A DNA stretch of 64,000 nucleotides from an uncultured OCS116 cluster bacterium (GCA_902633855.1 CACPHU010000006.1:1140-65139), one strand, 5' to 3'; positions 17,614 through 29,280 are shown, numbered from the stretch's first letter. The notes: generated by a model not told the origin, from the letters alone. Program-made: numbers and translations.

Positions 17614-19068
17614 ATGAAGCTTGAAAGGCTATTGAACTCTGAGGAGCTGCAGCATCACAATTCCAATCAAAATATAACAGACATATGCTTGGATAGCCGA
17701 TCAGTAAAAAATGGAAATTTGTTTTTTCTACTTGAGAGAAATATTCAATTACAGGAACAATATCTAAAACAGGCTATTGAAAATGGTGCGGCTGCAATTA
17801 TTGCTCCGAAAGAATTTACATTTGATGGTGCTGCAATAAATACGCCAATTATCAAGGTAGATTCAGTTCGTGAAACACTATCACAGGTTAGCTCTAAGTA
17901 TTATCCAAAACAGCCAAAAAATATATTAGCAATTACCGGTACAAATGGGAAAACCTCCGTTACAAAATTTACGGAAGAAATATGGCAATTGACGGGAATT
18001 AAATCTGCATCCATTGGAACTTTGGGTAATTCCACAACTAAAACATCGAGTACATTGACGACGCCCGATCCAATCTCACTGCATAAGCAGGTAGATAAAC
18101 TTGCTTCTAAGGGTTTTCAAAATCTGGTAATCGAAGCATCAAGCCATGGACTCTCACAACTAAGAATGGACTCTCTAGACATAGCTGGTGCGGCATTTAC
18201 CAGTTTCTCACGCGACCATTTAGATTATCATTGCAGCATGGATTCCTATTTTAATGCAAAAAAAAGGTTATTTACCCACCTGATAAGCCCAAAGGGAACA
18301 GCCGTGGTAAATATGATTGATATACCTATAAGATTTCACAATTTTATAAATTCTATAAAAGCTGAAAACCTAATTACAATAGGTAACAAGAATGCGTCAA
18401 TTTCTATTTTGGGCATAAACAGAGGAGATAATAATAAGATTCAACTCCAGCTTAATTGTTATGATAAAAAAATAATCGTTCCGACGCCATTCATAGCCCC
18501 TTTCCAAGCCATAAATTCGTTAATTGCAGGATGCATGGCAACGGTAAATACTGACATTACGATTACAGAGGCATTTGCAGCTATTGAAAAGCTAAGTGAC
18601 GTTAGAGGAAGATTGGAGTGTGTTGCAAAATTGAAAGACAATAATATTTTTATCGATTATGCTCATACACCGGATGCTATGAGCTCCGTACTTGAAGCTA
18701 TCAGAATGATAACAAAAAATAGACTCATTATTGTTTTTGGTGCAGGCGGAGACAGAGATACGGGTAAGCGCAGTATTATGAGTGATGTCGCGGATAAATA
18801 TGCAGATCTGATTGTCATCACAGATGATAATCCGAGATTTGAAGACCCAAATTTAATACGAGGTCAATTAATGAAGCAATCAAGAAAATATATTGAGATT
18901 GCAAACCGTGAGGAGGCAATAAGTTATGCCATTTCTGAGTTATCATCGGAGGATAATCTTCTTATATGCGGAAAAGGGCACGAAGAGTATATAATCTACG
19001 GTAAGGAAAAAATATATTCTTCAGATCATAATTTTGTGAGTCAAACTATAAAAAATAGGGCTAAATGA
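17614..19068 (+). CDS. murE: UDP-MurNAc-L-Ala-D-Glu:meso-diaminopimelate ligase MurE
   Basis: ITGTNGKTS P-loop, EASSHGL, DYAHTPDA and DNPR motifs (TDDNPRFEDP). Confidence 0.93.
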   Translation: MKLERLLNSEELQHHNSNQNITDICLDSRSVKNGNLFFLLERNIQLQEQYLKQAIENGAAAIIAPKEFTFDGAAINTPIIKVDSVRETLSQVSSKYYPKQPKNILAITGTNGKTSVTKFTEEIWQLTGIKSASIGTLGNSTTKTSSTLTTPDPISLHKQVDKLASKGFQNLVIEASSHGLSQLRMDSLDIAGAAFTSFSRDHLDYHCSMDSYFNAKKRLFTHLISPKGTAVVNMIDIPIRFHNFINSIKAENLITIGNKNASISILGINRGDNNKIQLQLNCYDKKIIVPTPFIAPFQAINSLIAGCMATVNTDITITEAFAAIEKLSDVRGRLECVAKLKDNNIFIDYAHTPDAMSSVLEAIRMITKNRLIIVFGAGGDRDTGKRSIMSDVADKYADLIVITDDNPRFEDPNLIRGQLMKQSRKYIEIANREEAISYAISELSSEDNLLICGKGHEEYIIYGKEKIYSSDHNFVSQTIKNRAK

Positions 19069-20486
19069 ACGATAATTATAGGATAAATTGCAGCATTGGT
19101 TCTTTAAACTCAATAAATATCATAGATCAAAAAAGTGATATATGTCTGAATAATAAAGAATATAATATGTCGACCGATAGCAGATCTATTCAAAAAAATG
19201 ACATATTTATAGCCTTAAAGGGTAGGTATTCAGATGGACATAATTTCTTACCTCAAGCCTTTAATAATGGTGCATCCGCAGCAATAATTTCCGAAAAAAA
19301 AATTTTCGAAGAGTCAAATTTTCCACTCATTCTCGTGCAGGATACATTTATAGCTTTGTCAAAAATCTCTGAATATAATTTTAAAGATATCAAATCACTC
19401 AAAATAGCTATTACGGGGAGTGTAGGTAAAACAACCACGAAAGATTATTTGAAAAATGTATTATCATATTATGAACCAACATTTGCTGCGCCTGAGTCAT
19501 TTAATAACGAATTGGGTATAGCACTATCGAAAGCAAAAATATCCAAGCTGGATAAGTATGCGATTTTTGAGGTTGGAATGAACATGAAAAACGAAATAAG
19601 TAACCTATCAAAACATATAAATCCTGATATTGCTATCATTACAAATATCGGAGAGGCGCATATTGGAAATCTTGGAAGTAAAAAAAATATCGCAATTGAA
19701 AAGTCAAATATTATTGATGGGATGTCAGATGGCGGTATTGTACTGCTTCCACGCGATAGTGACTACTTTGAATTCCTGCAAAAAAAAGCTTTAGCGAAAA
19801 ATTTAAGGTCAATAACATTTGGCTATTCAAATAAATCAGATATTCAAATTAGCAAAATTACTCGGGATAAGGACAGGGTTTTTATTGAATTTAAGGTGTT
19901 TGGTGAGGTTTTTGAAGCATATTCAAATATGCAAAATATAAGCATCATAAATAATTATCTTCCAGTTTTAGGTATTGCACATATCTTAAATTATGATCTA
20001 AATGAGGTATTAAAAAATATTACTAAATCAAATGTGCATAAATCACGGTGGCAGGAGTTTGATTTTGAATTAGATAACGGGCAAGTAAGATTAATTGACG
20101 ACACATATAATGCAAGCCCGACGTCAATGTTCGAAGCAATAAGATCCGTGGATGAATATGTAGCCGACCGAATATTTCGTAAGATTATAATCATTGGTGA
20201 TATGCTTGAGTTAGGAGGTTTCAATGAAAAATACCATTCCGACTTAGTAGATCTTATAAACAAGACGAATATTGACCATGTTTATTTTTGTGGTGAGTAT
20301 TTGAGTTCTCTTTTTGGTTTGGTCACATCAAAAAAAAAGAAAAAACATTTCAGATCTGTGAAGGATATCCGGTCAATTGATGAGTTTGAGTTAGCTGGAG
20401 GGGATTTAATATTTATCAAGGGGGGAAATAAGATAGGTTTAAATAATTTAGTTCAGGAATTTATTAATTATTTGGCATTAACATAA
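19065..20486 (+). CDS. murF: UDP-MurNAc-tripeptide:D-Ala-D-Ala ligase MurF
   Basis: ITGSVGKTTTK P-loop, FEVGMN, DDTYNASP; follows murE with a 4-nt overlap. Confidence 0.92.
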   Translation: MNDNYRINCSIGSLNSINIIDQKSDICLNNKEYNMSTDSRSIQKNDIFIALKGRYSDGHNFLPQAFNNGASAAIISEKKIFEESNFPLILVQDTFIALSKISEYNFKDIKSLKIAITGSVGKTTTKDYLKNVLSYYEPTFAAPESFNNELGIALSKAKISKLDKYAIFEVGMNMKNEISNLSKHINPDIAIITNIGEAHIGNLGSKKNIAIEKSNIIDGMSDGGIVLLPRDSDYFEFLQKKALAKNLRSITFGYSNKSDIQISKITRDKDRVFIEFKVFGEVFEAYSNMQNISIINNYLPVLGIAHILNYDLNEVLKNITKSNVHKSRWQEFDFELDNGQVRLIDDTYNASPTSMFEAIRSVDEYVADRIFRKIIIIGDMLELGGFNEKYHSDLVDLINKTNIDHVYFCGEYLSSLFGLVTSKKKKKHFRSVKDIRSIDEFELAGGDLIFIKGGNKIGLNNLVQEFINYLALT

Positions 20487-20508
20487 TTACTGACAAGGAA
20501 ATTTTGAT

Positions 20509-21594
20509 ATGCTGATTTTATTAATTGATGAACTAATAAGTTTTTTCCCTCTGCTGAATGCTTTTGCTTATATTAGCACAAGAACAGTTGCTGCAACTTT
20601 TACATCGGGTTTGATAGTTTTTCTCTTGAGCCCCCCTATGATTCGATTTCTAAAAAAACATCAAAAGAATGGTCAGCCAATAAGACCTGATGGACCAAAG
20701 AGGCATATAATAGAGAAATCAGGCACACCAACGATGGGTGGTGTCATAATTTTGCTTGGTGTAATCGTATCTTCTCTGCTTTGGGCTGATTTATCAAATA
20801 GATATATATGGGTTGTGGGTTTTGTTGCATTATTTTTTGGTTTGATTGGGTTTTATGATGATTATCTTAAAGTATTTAATTCATCATCTAATGGATTGGG
20901 CAGCATTTACAAAATAATGTTACAGATATTTATATCCATAATTTCGATATATTTTCTGACAACGCATGTTGCTGATTTCGACCAGGTAGTATTTTTGCCG
21001 TTTTTGAAAGACTTCTCGATTAACCTCGGTATTTTTTTTATTATTTTTTCAACCATAGTCATAGTAGGATCAAGTAATTCTGTAAACCTGACGGATGGTC
21101 TTGATGGACTGGCCATTATGCCAGTCATGATTGCGATTGGCAGTTTTGGCTTAATCGCATATTTAACTGGTAATATTCTTTTTTCTGAATATCTAAATAT
21201 ACAATACATGCCGGGCTCGGGTGAATTAGCAATTATATGTGGAGCAGTTATTGGGTCTGGCATAGGATTCTTGTGGTACAATGCTCCCCCTGCAATGATT
21301 TTTATGGGAGATACTGGATCTCTATCGCTTGGCTCAATTATAGGAATTATCGCAGTTATAACAAAGCACGAGTTTGTTCTTTTAATAATTGGTGGACTTT
21401 TTGTTTTAGAGGCAACCTCCGTAATTGTACAAGTGATTAGTTTTAGATTAACGGGAAAACGAATATTTAAGATGGCACCATTACACCATCACTTTGAACA
21501 GAAAGGTTGGAGCGAGCCTACGATTGTAATTCGTTTTTGGATAATATCATTAATTCTAGCCCTTATAGGCTTGCTAACACTAAAACTTAGATAA
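20509..21594 (+). CDS. mraY: Phospho-MurNAc-pentapeptide translocase MraY
   Basis: Kx[31 protein letters not shown] and APLHHHFE motifs; polytopic membrane protein. Confidence 0.95.
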   Translation: MLILLIDELISFFPLLNAFAYISTRTVAATFTSGLIVFLLSPPMIRFLKKHQKNGQPIRPDGPKRHIIEKSGTPTMGGVIILLGVIVSSLLWADLSNRYIWVVGFVALFFGLIGFYDDYLKVFNSSSNGLGSIYKIMLQIFISIISIYFLTTHVADFDQVVFLPFLKDFSINLGIFFIIFSTIVIVGSSNSVNLTDGLDGLAIMPVMIAIGSFGLIAYLTGNILFSEYLNIQYMPGSGELAIICGAVIGSGIGFLWYNAPPAMIFMGDTGSLSLGSIIGIIAVITKHEFVLLIIGGLFVLEATSVIVQVISFRLTGKRIFKMAPLHHHFEQKGWSEPTIVIRFWIISLILALIGLLTLKLR

Positions 21595-21607
21595 AATTGA
21601 AGACAAA

Positions 21608-22999
21608 ATGATACCATTAACACACTGTAAAAATAAAAAAATATTCGTACTCGGCTTGGGACTATCCGGGGACAGTGCTATACGAGCCCTTGAATCAGGC
21701 GGAGCTAATGTGTCGGCATGGGATGATAATGATCGAGTTAGAAAAAATTATTTTGGGCAGGGTAAAAATATTATAAATCCCAAGGAAATTCCTGTTGAAG
21801 ATTTCGACGTATTGTTTTTAAGCCCTGGTATCGACATTAAAAAATCACCTCAAAAAAAATTCATTGAAGAATTTAGAAGGAAAAAAAAATCAATAATCTG
21901 TGACATACAGCTTTTTGTGGATGAAATAAGTCACAGAAAAAGAAATGATAAAATTATAATGTTAACCGGAACAAATGGTAAATCTACTACATCAATGATG
22001 ATTTATCATATTCTAGACAAATTAGGTAAGAAAGTGCAAGTCGGCGGTAATATTGGTTCAAGAGGAGTACTAGATTTTGAACTGAGTGATCAAGATATAA
22101 CGTTTATTATTGAGTTATCTTCATATCAGATAGAATTATCACCAAATATAAAGCCAGATATTGGAATACTGCTCAATATAAGCCCTGATCATCTTGATAG
22201 ACACGGTGATATGGGTAAATACGTAAATATTAAATTTGATATTTTCAAATATCAGAACGAAGATGATATTTCAATTATTGGTTTAGACGGAGAAATAATA
22301 TCGTCTGAAATAAAAAAAAGAAATTTTGAAAGTAATTTAATTTCATATAAAAATAATCCACAGGACGGTAATAAAATTGCCGAACTACACGCCAATGGTG
22401 AGGTATCTAAGTATGATATATCAAAATACTCAACATCCCATAAAATCACTTATCCATCAAATATCACTGCTTGTATCGCTTGCATGCACGCGATGAAGAT
22501 TGAATTTAATTCTTATTGTAAGCATTTCAATAGTTTTAATGGTCTGCCTCATAGAAATGAATTAATCCATGAATATAAAAATATTCAATATATAAATGAT
22601 AGTAAGGCAACGAATGCTGATGCAACAAAACAAGCATTGACCACATATAATAATATTTATTGGATACTCGGTGGTGTTGAGAAATATGGTGGTATTTCGC
22701 AAATAACTCAATATTTTTCAAAAATAAAGAAAGCTTATCTAATAGGTGAATCAGCGGAGTCGCTAAGTACAACCCTATTCAATTCAAAAATTGAGTATGA
22801 GAATTGTGTGACATTAAGAAATGCAATCAATAGGTCAACCAAGGATGCTGAAAAGTCCAAGTCAAAAGTGACTATTTTATTTTCTCCAGCATGCGCATCG
22901 TTTGATCAATATAAAAATTTCGAGGAAAGAGGTTTGGAATTTACAACTATTGTTGGGGAAGTGGTTAAGGAAAGAAATGAAATTCAGCAGATCAACTAA
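21608..22999 (+). CDS. murD: UDP-MurNAc-L-Ala:D-Glu ligase MurD
   Basis: GLGLSG N-terminus, TGTNGKSTT P-loop, NISPDHLDRHG, NDSKATN. Confidence 0.92.
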   Translation: MIPLTHCKNKKIFVLGLGLSGDSAIRALESGGANVSAWDDNDRVRKNYFGQGKNIINPKEIPVEDFDVLFLSPGIDIKKSPQKKFIEEFRRKKKSIICDIQLFVDEISHRKRNDKIIMLTGTNGKSTTSMMIYHILDKLGKKVQVGGNIGSRGVLDFELSDQDITFIIELSSYQIELSPNIKPDIGILLNISPDHLDRHGDMGKYVNIKFDIFKYQNEDDISIIGLDGEIISSEIKKRNFESNLISYKNNPQDGNKIAELHANGEVSKYDISKYSTSHKITYPSNITACIACMHAMKIEFNSYCKHFNSFNGLPHRNELIHEYKNIQYINDSKATNADATKQALTTYNNIYWILGGVEKYGGISQITQYFSKIKKAYLIGESAESLSTTLFNSKIEYENCVTLRNAINRSTKDAEKSKSKVTILFSPACASFDQYKNFEERGLEFTTIVGEVVKERNEIQQIN

Positions 23000-24122
23000 A
23001 TCAGGTTTATCCGATTGGTGGTGGACAATTGATAGAGTGCAGTTGGGCGCTATCTTGATTCTTATTATCTTTGGAATTGTGTTAAACTTAGCTGCAAGTC
23101 CACCAATAGCCGAAAGATTGAACTTCAGTGACCAATATTATTTTGTAAAGAAGCAATTTATATTTATAGTTTTTGGTGCCTTGGTCACAATATTCTTTTC
23201 ATTTTTAAATCTAAAAAATATTCGCAGGCTTTGCCTGCTAATCTTCGCGGTATCAATCATTTCAATATTTTTCATCAATATCTTTGGGGCCGAAATCAAG
23301 GGGGCTACCAGGTGGATGGATCTTGGTATAATCTCACTGCAGCCATCAGAATTTGCAAAGCCTGCCTTTATTGTTTTGATATCTTGGTTGATGTCTGAGT
23401 CAATAATAAAGAAAGCACCCGGAAAATCATTATCATTTATATTGTATGTACTTTTTATCACAGGCTTGATTTTACAACCTGATATTGGCCAAGTAATTTT
23501 GGTAACCCTCTCAGCCTCCATAATTTATTTTATAACAGGGATGCCTTTGATTATTGGAGTTATAATTTTTCTATTATCACTAACTGGTATTGCCCTTTCC
23601 TATATTTATATTGATCACTTCACTCAACGACTAAATATTTTTTTAAACCCGAATCTAGGTGATACATATCAAATTGATACTGCATATAATGCCATAATTA
23701 ACGGTGGGTGGTTTGGTGTTGGACCAGGTGAAGGAACAATTAAGAATATTCTTCCTGATGCTCATACAGATTTCATTTTTGCTGTCGCTGCTGAGGAGTT
23801 TGGATTGATCTCCTGTTTTATTATTATATTTTTGTTTGCATTCATAATTTTTCGGGGCGTCAAAAGATCTATAAATCAACAAAATTTGTTTGCAAAAATT
23901 TCAACGATTGGTCTTATCTCACTAATTTGCTTACAGATGGGTATAAATATTGCTGTAAATCTTGGGATTGTTCCAACAAAAGGAATGACACTACCATTTA
24001 TCTCATATGGGGGCTCATCAGCTATCTCCATCGCTATAACATTTGGCCTCATTCTCGCATTTACGAGGCAAAAGAAAACTAATTTTGAATACTCATCACG
24101 TAAACTGAGCTTTCAGAGCTGA
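22977..24122 (+). CDS. ftsW: Peptidoglycan glycosyltransferase / cell division protein FtsW (SEDS family)
   Basis: SEDS motifs: LQPSEFAKP, PDIGQ, LPDAHTDFIFAV, GMTLPFISYGGSS. ATG 22977 gives a typical N-terminus (MKFSRSTKSGLSDWWWTIDR) and a 23-nt overlap with murD; the track start 22902 is probably too far upstream. Confidence 0.9.
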   Translation: MKFSRSTKSGLSDWWWTIDRVQLGAILILIIFGIVLNLAASPPIAERLNFSDQYYFVKKQFIFIVFGALVTIFFSFLNLKNIRRLCLLIFAVSIISIFFINIFGAEIKGATRWMDLGIISLQPSEFAKPAFIVLISWLMSESIIKKAPGKSLSFILYVLFITGLILQPDIGQVILVTLSASIIYFITGMPLIIGVIIFLLSLTGIALSYIYIDHFTQRLNIFLNPNLGDTYQIDTAYNAIINGGWFGVGPGEGTIKNILPDAHTDFIFAVAAEEFGLISCFIIIFLFAFIIFRGVKRSINQQNLFAKISTIGLISLICLQMGINIAVNLGIVPTKGMTLPFISYGGSSAISIAITFGLILAFTRQKKTNFEYSSRKLSFQS

Positions 24123-24138
24123 TTGGAGATATCAAAAA

Positions 24139-25233
24139 ATGAAAAAGAGATCAATTGTATTGGTATGCGGTGGTTCGGGTGGCCATATTAATCCTGCAAT
24201 ATCTCTCTACGAGGAGTTGAATATATATGATCCTGATCTTGTTATTAATTTCTTTAGTGACAGCAGGGGCCAAGTATATCTGGAAGAGTTAGATAATGTT
24301 AATATAAAAAGGATTGCTTCATCATCTCCATTTCGAGCCAACATTAATTCGAAGTTATTTTTTTTATTTTACCTATCAATAGGTCTAATTCAGTCGATTT
24401 ATCATCTCATAAGATTTAGGCCTAGATTAATAATTTGTTTTGGTGGTTACACAGCATTTCCAACCGCGATTGCTGCTTATTTATTAAAGATACCAGTGAT
24501 AATTCACGAGCAAAATGCAGTCATGGGTAGAGCTAATAGATTAATATCATATTTTGCCGAATTAATCCTATTATCATTTAAGAATACAGAAAATATCAAG
24601 CTAAAACAGAAAGAAAAAACTGTTTTTACTGGCCTACCACTTAGGGACAGAATTACGAAATACTCTTCAAATGAAAATAAGGAGGACAATTCTATAAGTA
24701 TTTTAGTCCTAGGGGGCAGCCAAGGAGCAAAAATATTCACAGATCTTATACCAGACACTCTGCGCTATTTATCAAAAGAAATAAGAGATAGGTTAAAAAT
24801 TTATCAAAATTGTGTCAGTGATGATGAGGTTCTACTAGAAAAAAAATATAGAGAAATTGGAGTGAATTTTGACATCAGACCTTACTTCTCAAATATTGGT
24901 AGTGTCATGGCGAACGCGGATATTATTATATCACGAGCTGGAGCCAATACAATTTTCGAGATATGCTCAATCGGTAAGCCCTTCATTCTGGTCCCATTGC
25001 AAAATTCAATTGATGATGATCAGTTTAAAAATGCAAAATTTTTTTTTGATAAGGGTGCGTGTCTGATATTTAATGAAGTTACTAGTAATCCAAAGATGAT
25101 GTCAAACATGATAATTAATTTAATTTCAAGTAAGAATGAGAGAACCAGAATGGCAAATAAAGCCAGAGAAATTGGCAAGAAAAAATCCAGAAGGGTATTT
25201 GTAAAGCTACTAGATAAATATTTATCAGAATGA
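24139..25233 (+). CDS. murG: UDP-GlcNAc:lipid I GlcNAc transferase MurG
   Basis: GGSGGHINPA N-terminus, IHEQNAV, GGSQGA, RAGANTI..E and DDQF.NA motifs. Confidence 0.93.
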   Translation: MKKRSIVLVCGGSGGHINPAISLYEELNIYDPDLVINFFSDSRGQVYLEELDNVNIKRIASSSPFRANINSKLFFLFYLSIGLIQSIYHLIRFRPRLIICFGGYTAFPTAIAAYLLKIPVIIHEQNAVMGRANRLISYFAELILLSFKNTENIKLKQKEKTVFTGLPLRDRITKYSSNENKEDNSISILVLGGSQGAKIFTDLIPDTLRYLSKEIRDRLKIYQNCVSDDEVLLEKKYREIGVNFDIRPYFSNIGSVMANADIIISRAGANTIFEICSIGKPFILVPLQNSIDDDQFKNAKFFFDKGACLIFNEVTSNPKMMSNMIINLISSKNERTRMANKAREIGKKKSRRVFVKLLDKYLSE

Positions 25234-26621
25234 TTGAAAATAACGAGAATATGAAACCATCAACCATCCATTTCATTGGTATCGGTGGCATTGGACTATC
25301 TGCAATTGCAAAACTATGTCAACACAATGGATATAACGTACAAGGCAGTGATATCAAAAATAGTGATACACTTGAAAGACTTGTAAACATGGGGATCAAA
25401 ATATTTGTTGGGCATAATTCTGATAACATAAATACTAAAATTGAAAAAGTTATCTACTCATCAGCTGTAAACAGCAAGAATCCAGAATTTATTAAAGCAA
25501 AAAATCTCAATATCCCAATATATTCGCGAGCTCAGATGCTTGCAGAAGTTATGCAAAAAAAGAAGTCTATTTGTATTTCGGGTACACATGGCAAGACATC
25601 ATGCACATCAATGACATCTTGGATATTATCGTATGACACAAAAAAACCTACCACATTGATTGGCGGGATTGATTACTCTTTCAATTCAAATCTACAGATA
25701 GGTGACAGTGACTGGATGGTAGTTGAAGCGGATGAGTCCGATAAAACATTTTTAGCATTACCATCAGATATATCAGTAGTTACTAATATAGATGATGATC
25801 ATATGGAAAACTATGGAACGATGAAGAATGTTGAGCAGTCATTTTTAAACTTTGCAAATAATATTAACGAGGGTGGATATTTTTTATATTTCAAAGATAA
25901 TCCTATTGCTTCCAAAGTTTTTAGTCATTCAAAATCAAACAATATAATAAGTTATGGTACTGATAAGCATTCAGATGTTGTAATAAAAAATATAGAGAAA
26001 CTGCCTTTTGGCCATAACTTCGAACTATCTGGATTTATCAATGGGAAAAAATATAATTTGAAGCTTCAAATTAATAGACCAGGAATTTATAACGTCTGGA
26101 ACTCCACGGCTGCGGTTGTAATTGGCTTGCTCCATGGGATAGCTGAAGAAAAGATTATTTATCAATTAGCAAAATATCGGGGGGTGTATCGAAGATTTTC
26201 CAGTATTATTGAAAAGAGCGGCATAAGATATTACGATGATTATGCACACCATCCAACAGAAATTAATCAGTTATTGATGTCGGCAAAAGAACAAGCTGAA
26301 AATAAGGTGATCATGATTTTTCAGCCGCACAGGTATAGTCGAACATTGTCATTATATGATAGTTTATGCAACTCATTCAAATATGCAGATTGTCTCGGAA
26401 TTTTACCAATTTATGCTGCTGGTGAAGAATTTGAAAATATGTTTGACTATTGGAAATTTGCAGAAGATATAAAGAAAAAATCTAACACAGATACATATAT
26501 TTTATCAAGGAGTGAGATCAGTAAATTTCTGAAAAATATAACAAAAGAAGGTGATATTGTGCTATTTGTTGGTGCGGGGGATATCAATGAAATATCAAAA
26601 GTTATTTGTAAAGAAATCTGA
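25230..26621 (+). CDS. murC: UDP-MurNAc:L-alanine ligase MurC
   Basis: IHFIGIGGIGLS, GTHGKTSCTSM P-loop, DDYAHHPTEI, FQPHRYSRT. Confidence 0.93.
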   Translation: MIENNENMKPSTIHFIGIGGIGLSAIAKLCQHNGYNVQGSDIKNSDTLERLVNMGIKIFVGHNSDNINTKIEKVIYSSAVNSKNPEFIKAKNLNIPIYSRAQMLAEVMQKKKSICISGTHGKTSCTSMTSWILSYDTKKPTTLIGGIDYSFNSNLQIGDSDWMVVEADESDKTFLALPSDISVVTNIDDDHMENYGTMKNVEQSFLNFANNINEGGYFLYFKDNPIASKVFSHSKSNNIISYGTDKHSDVVIKNIEKLPFGHNFELSGFINGKKYNLKLQINRPGIYNVWNSTAAVVIGLLHGIAEEKIIYQLAKYRGVYRRFSSIIEKSGIRYYDDYAHHPTEINQLLMSAKEQAENKVIMIFQPHRYSRTLSLYDSLCNSFKYADCLGILPIYAAGEEFENMFDYWKFAEDIKKKSNTDTYILSRSEISKFLKNITKEGDIVLFVGAGDINEISKVICKEI

Positions 26622-26632
26622 CGGAATGTTCT

Positions 26633-27568
26633 ATGAATTACTTTTCAGATGCTGATAAACTAAGAGCTAAATTTGATGGAAGAGTAGCAGGATATCTGTA
26701 TACGAATTATCCAATAAAAAAAATATCATGGTTTCGTGTGGGAGGATCTGCTGAGTTGTTGTTCAAACCAAAAGATTTGACTGATTTAAAAAAATTTATG
26801 CATATCAAACCAAGTAATGTACCTGTGACTATCTTAGGTGGTGCATCAAATACATTAATAAGAGATAATGGCATACCGGGTGTGGTCATAGTTCTGGACA
26901 GAGAATTCAACTACATCAAGCAGACTGCAGTTGACAGAATCGAGTGCGGAGCAGCAGTACCTAGTAAAAAAGTTTCAAATTTTGCGCTGAAGAATAATCT
27001 CGGAGGTCTTTCATTTCTCAATACAATACCAGGAACTTTTGGAGGAGCGGTTAAGATGAATTCTGGTGCCTATGGCGCAGAAGTTGCTGACATACTAATA
27101 TCGGCAAAGTTTATTGATCACAAGGGTAATGAGTTTGAGAGCAATCTCTCTGATATATGTTATGGCTATCGGTCGAGTAATATTTCGGATGATATGATTT
27201 GTATTTCCGCAACTATTAGAGGATCGATCGCAAATAGAGAAGAAATTATTCAAGAGATTAATAGGTACAAGAAACACAGAGACTCTGCCCAGCCAATAAA
27301 AGAGAGGACCGGTGGATCAACATTTAAGAATCCCATAAATATTAAAGCATGGGAATTAATCAGGGACGCAGGCTGTTCGGGTCTCTCATCAGGTGATGCT
27401 GTGATATCTAGATTGCATACAAACTTTATAATTAATAAGGGTAATGCAACGGCATATGATATTGAACTTTTGGGAGAAAAAATAAAAAAGCGTGTTAAAG
27501 TGAAAACAGGAATAGATCTCGAGTGGGAAATAAGAAGGATTGGCAACGGTCCGAAAGTTGAGTTATGA
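26633..27568 (+). CDS. murB: UDP-N-acetylenolpyruvoylglucosamine reductase MurB
   Basis: FAD-binding WFRVGGSAE, GGASNTLIRD, GGSTFKNP and a C-terminal LEWEI-type tail. Confidence 0.92.
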   Translation: MNYFSDADKLRAKFDGRVAGYLYTNYPIKKISWFRVGGSAELLFKPKDLTDLKKFMHIKPSNVPVTILGGASNTLIRDNGIPGVVIVLDREFNYIKQTAVDRIECGAAVPSKKVSNFALKNNLGGLSFLNTIPGTFGGAVKMNSGAYGAEVADILISAKFIDHKGNEFESNLSDICYGYRSSNISDDMICISATIRGSIANREEIIQEINRYKKHRDSAQPIKERTGGSTFKNPINIKAWELIRDAGCSGLSSGDAVISRLHTNFIINKGNATAYDIELLGEKIKKRVKVKTGIDLEWEIRRIGNGPKVEL

Positions 27569-28479
27569 ATAATTTTTCAAAAAAACAAAATATATTACTA
27601 CTCATGGGTGGTATATCGCCGGAGAGAGCGATAAGTCTAGAGAGCGGTAAAGTATGTCTGCAAGCAATAAAAGATCTTGGCTATAGGGTTCAAACATTGG
27701 ATCCTGATTATAATATAATAACAAGCCTGACCGAGCTAAACTTTGATATTATCTTCAATTGCTTGCATGGATCATGGGGAGAGAATGGATATATCCAATC
27801 AATTTTTGAATATTTAAACATCAAATATACGCATTCTGGTATTCTTGCATCAGCAAACGCAATGAATAAATTAAAATCAAAAGAAATTTTTAAGCATAGA
27901 AAAATCCCAGTAGCCAGATCATATTTACTCGAAAATTCATTTGATAAAATTGAGTTCCCAATCGTGATCAAACCAATCAATGGCGGATCAAGTGTTGATA
28001 TTTATTTGATAAATTCAAAAAATGAGTTAGATGAGTTTATAGAGAAGAATCATGAGTCATTGAGTTCTTTTTTTGCAGAAGATTTTGTGGATGGTGCTGA
28101 TTATACTTGTGGAGTCATTGGGGGTAAGGCCACGCAAATAGCAGAAATAGTAACAAGTGGACAATTATTTGATTACAATGAGAAATATAGTTCTAATTCT
28201 GCCGCACATATTATTCCAGCTAATCTTAAACCAAATATTTACGAAAAAATGAGAGAATATTCATTAGCAGCGCATGATTGCTTGGGCTGTAGAGGTGTTA
28301 CAAGGGTTGATTTTAGATATTCCTCTTCAAGAGATCAAAAGCTGGTGTGTCTTGAAGTAAACACTCAACCGGGAATGACTAAGAAATCTTTACTGCCTGA
28401 ATTGGCAGAGTGTTCGGGTATCTCATTCCATGAGTTGGTTGAATGGATTATTTGTGATGCATCGTGCAATAGATATTGA
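27565..28479 (+). CDS. ddl: D-alanine--D-alanine ligase
   Basis: LMGGISPERAISLESG, LHGSWGENGYIQ, ATP-grasp VIKPINGGSSVD, EVNTQPGMT. Confidence 0.93.
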   Translation: MNNFSKKQNILLLMGGISPERAISLESGKVCLQAIKDLGYRVQTLDPDYNIITSLTELNFDIIFNCLHGSWGENGYIQSIFEYLNIKYTHSGILASANAMNKLKSKEIFKHRKIPVARSYLLENSFDKIEFPIVIKPINGGSSVDIYLINSKNELDEFIEKNHESLSSFFAEDFVDGADYTCGVIGGKATQIAEIVTSGQLFDYNEKYSSNSAAHIIPANLKPNIYEKMREYSLAAHDCLGCRGVTRVDFRYSSSRDQKLVCLEVNTQPGMTKKSLLPELAECSGISFHELVEWIICDASCNRY

Positions 28480-28495
28480 TTTATTGGGAAAAATA

Positions 28496-29266
28496 ATGCG
28501 TAATTTTATTTTTAGGATAAACAAAAAATATAAATTGAAAGCATCTATAATTGCTGTGTCGATATTAATTTTAGTATATTCCATGACAACTTTATATAAA
28601 AACTCAGAAGATATTATTAGCACCTCGATGGAATATATTAATTTAGATGTAAAATTAAAGAACGTTAAGATATTAGGAATTGAAAATTTAGAAGCAAGCG
28701 AGGTGGTGAACATTGTATCCGAGCTGAGGGGGATATCACTCACAAGTATAGATTTAAAAAAAATCAGCTCTGAGATAAATAACATAGATTGGGTTAAAAA
28801 ATCTGAATTAAGAAAGATCTACCCTTCAACTTTGGAGGTCAAAGTATATGAGCATAATCCAATTGCAATATGGTACAATGAAGGAAATAAGTTCTTGGTT
28901 GATAGAGACTCAAAAATAATTACAGAATTACATCCTAATAAATTTACAAATCTAAAGGTTGTTGCTGGACCGAATGCACTTGAAGACATACCTGTAATTA
29001 TTGCAATGATAAAAAATTATCCTGAGTTTGAAAAAAAAATTAAATCTCTGTTAAGGGTGGGTGATCGACGCTGGACAATCCGATTACACAATGGAATAAC
29101 AATACATCTCCCAGAAAAGAATGTGGCGAATGCGATCGAAGAGATAGAGGATTTAGACAGAGAGTACTCACTTCTGAGCAGATATATTGAAATAATTGAT
29201 ATGAGATTACCCGATAGGATTGATATACTACCCACCGGAGTTACGATGAACAGCTCAAAAATATAA
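28496..29266 (+). CDS. ftsQ: Cell division protein FtsQ
   Basis: Single TM segment (ASIIAVSILILVYSM) followed by a POTRA-like region (IKNVKILGIENL...) and the FtsQ beta domain. Sits between ddl and ftsA. ATG 28496 avoids the overlap with ddl that the track start 28430 creates. Confidence 0.8.
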   Translation: MRNFIFRINKKYKLKASIIAVSILILVYSMTTLYKNSEDIISTSMEYINLDVKLKNVKILGIENLEASEVVNIVSELRGISLTSIDLKKISSEINNIDWVKKSELRKIYPSTLEVKVYEHNPIAIWYNEGNKFLVDRDSKIITELHPNKFTNLKVVAGPNALEDIPVIIAMIKNYPEFEKKIKSLLRVGDRRWTIRLHNGITIHLPEKNVANAIEEIEDLDREYSLLSRYIEIIDMRLPDRIDILPTGVTMNSSKI

Positions 29267-29280
29267 CACAAGAGTTTTAT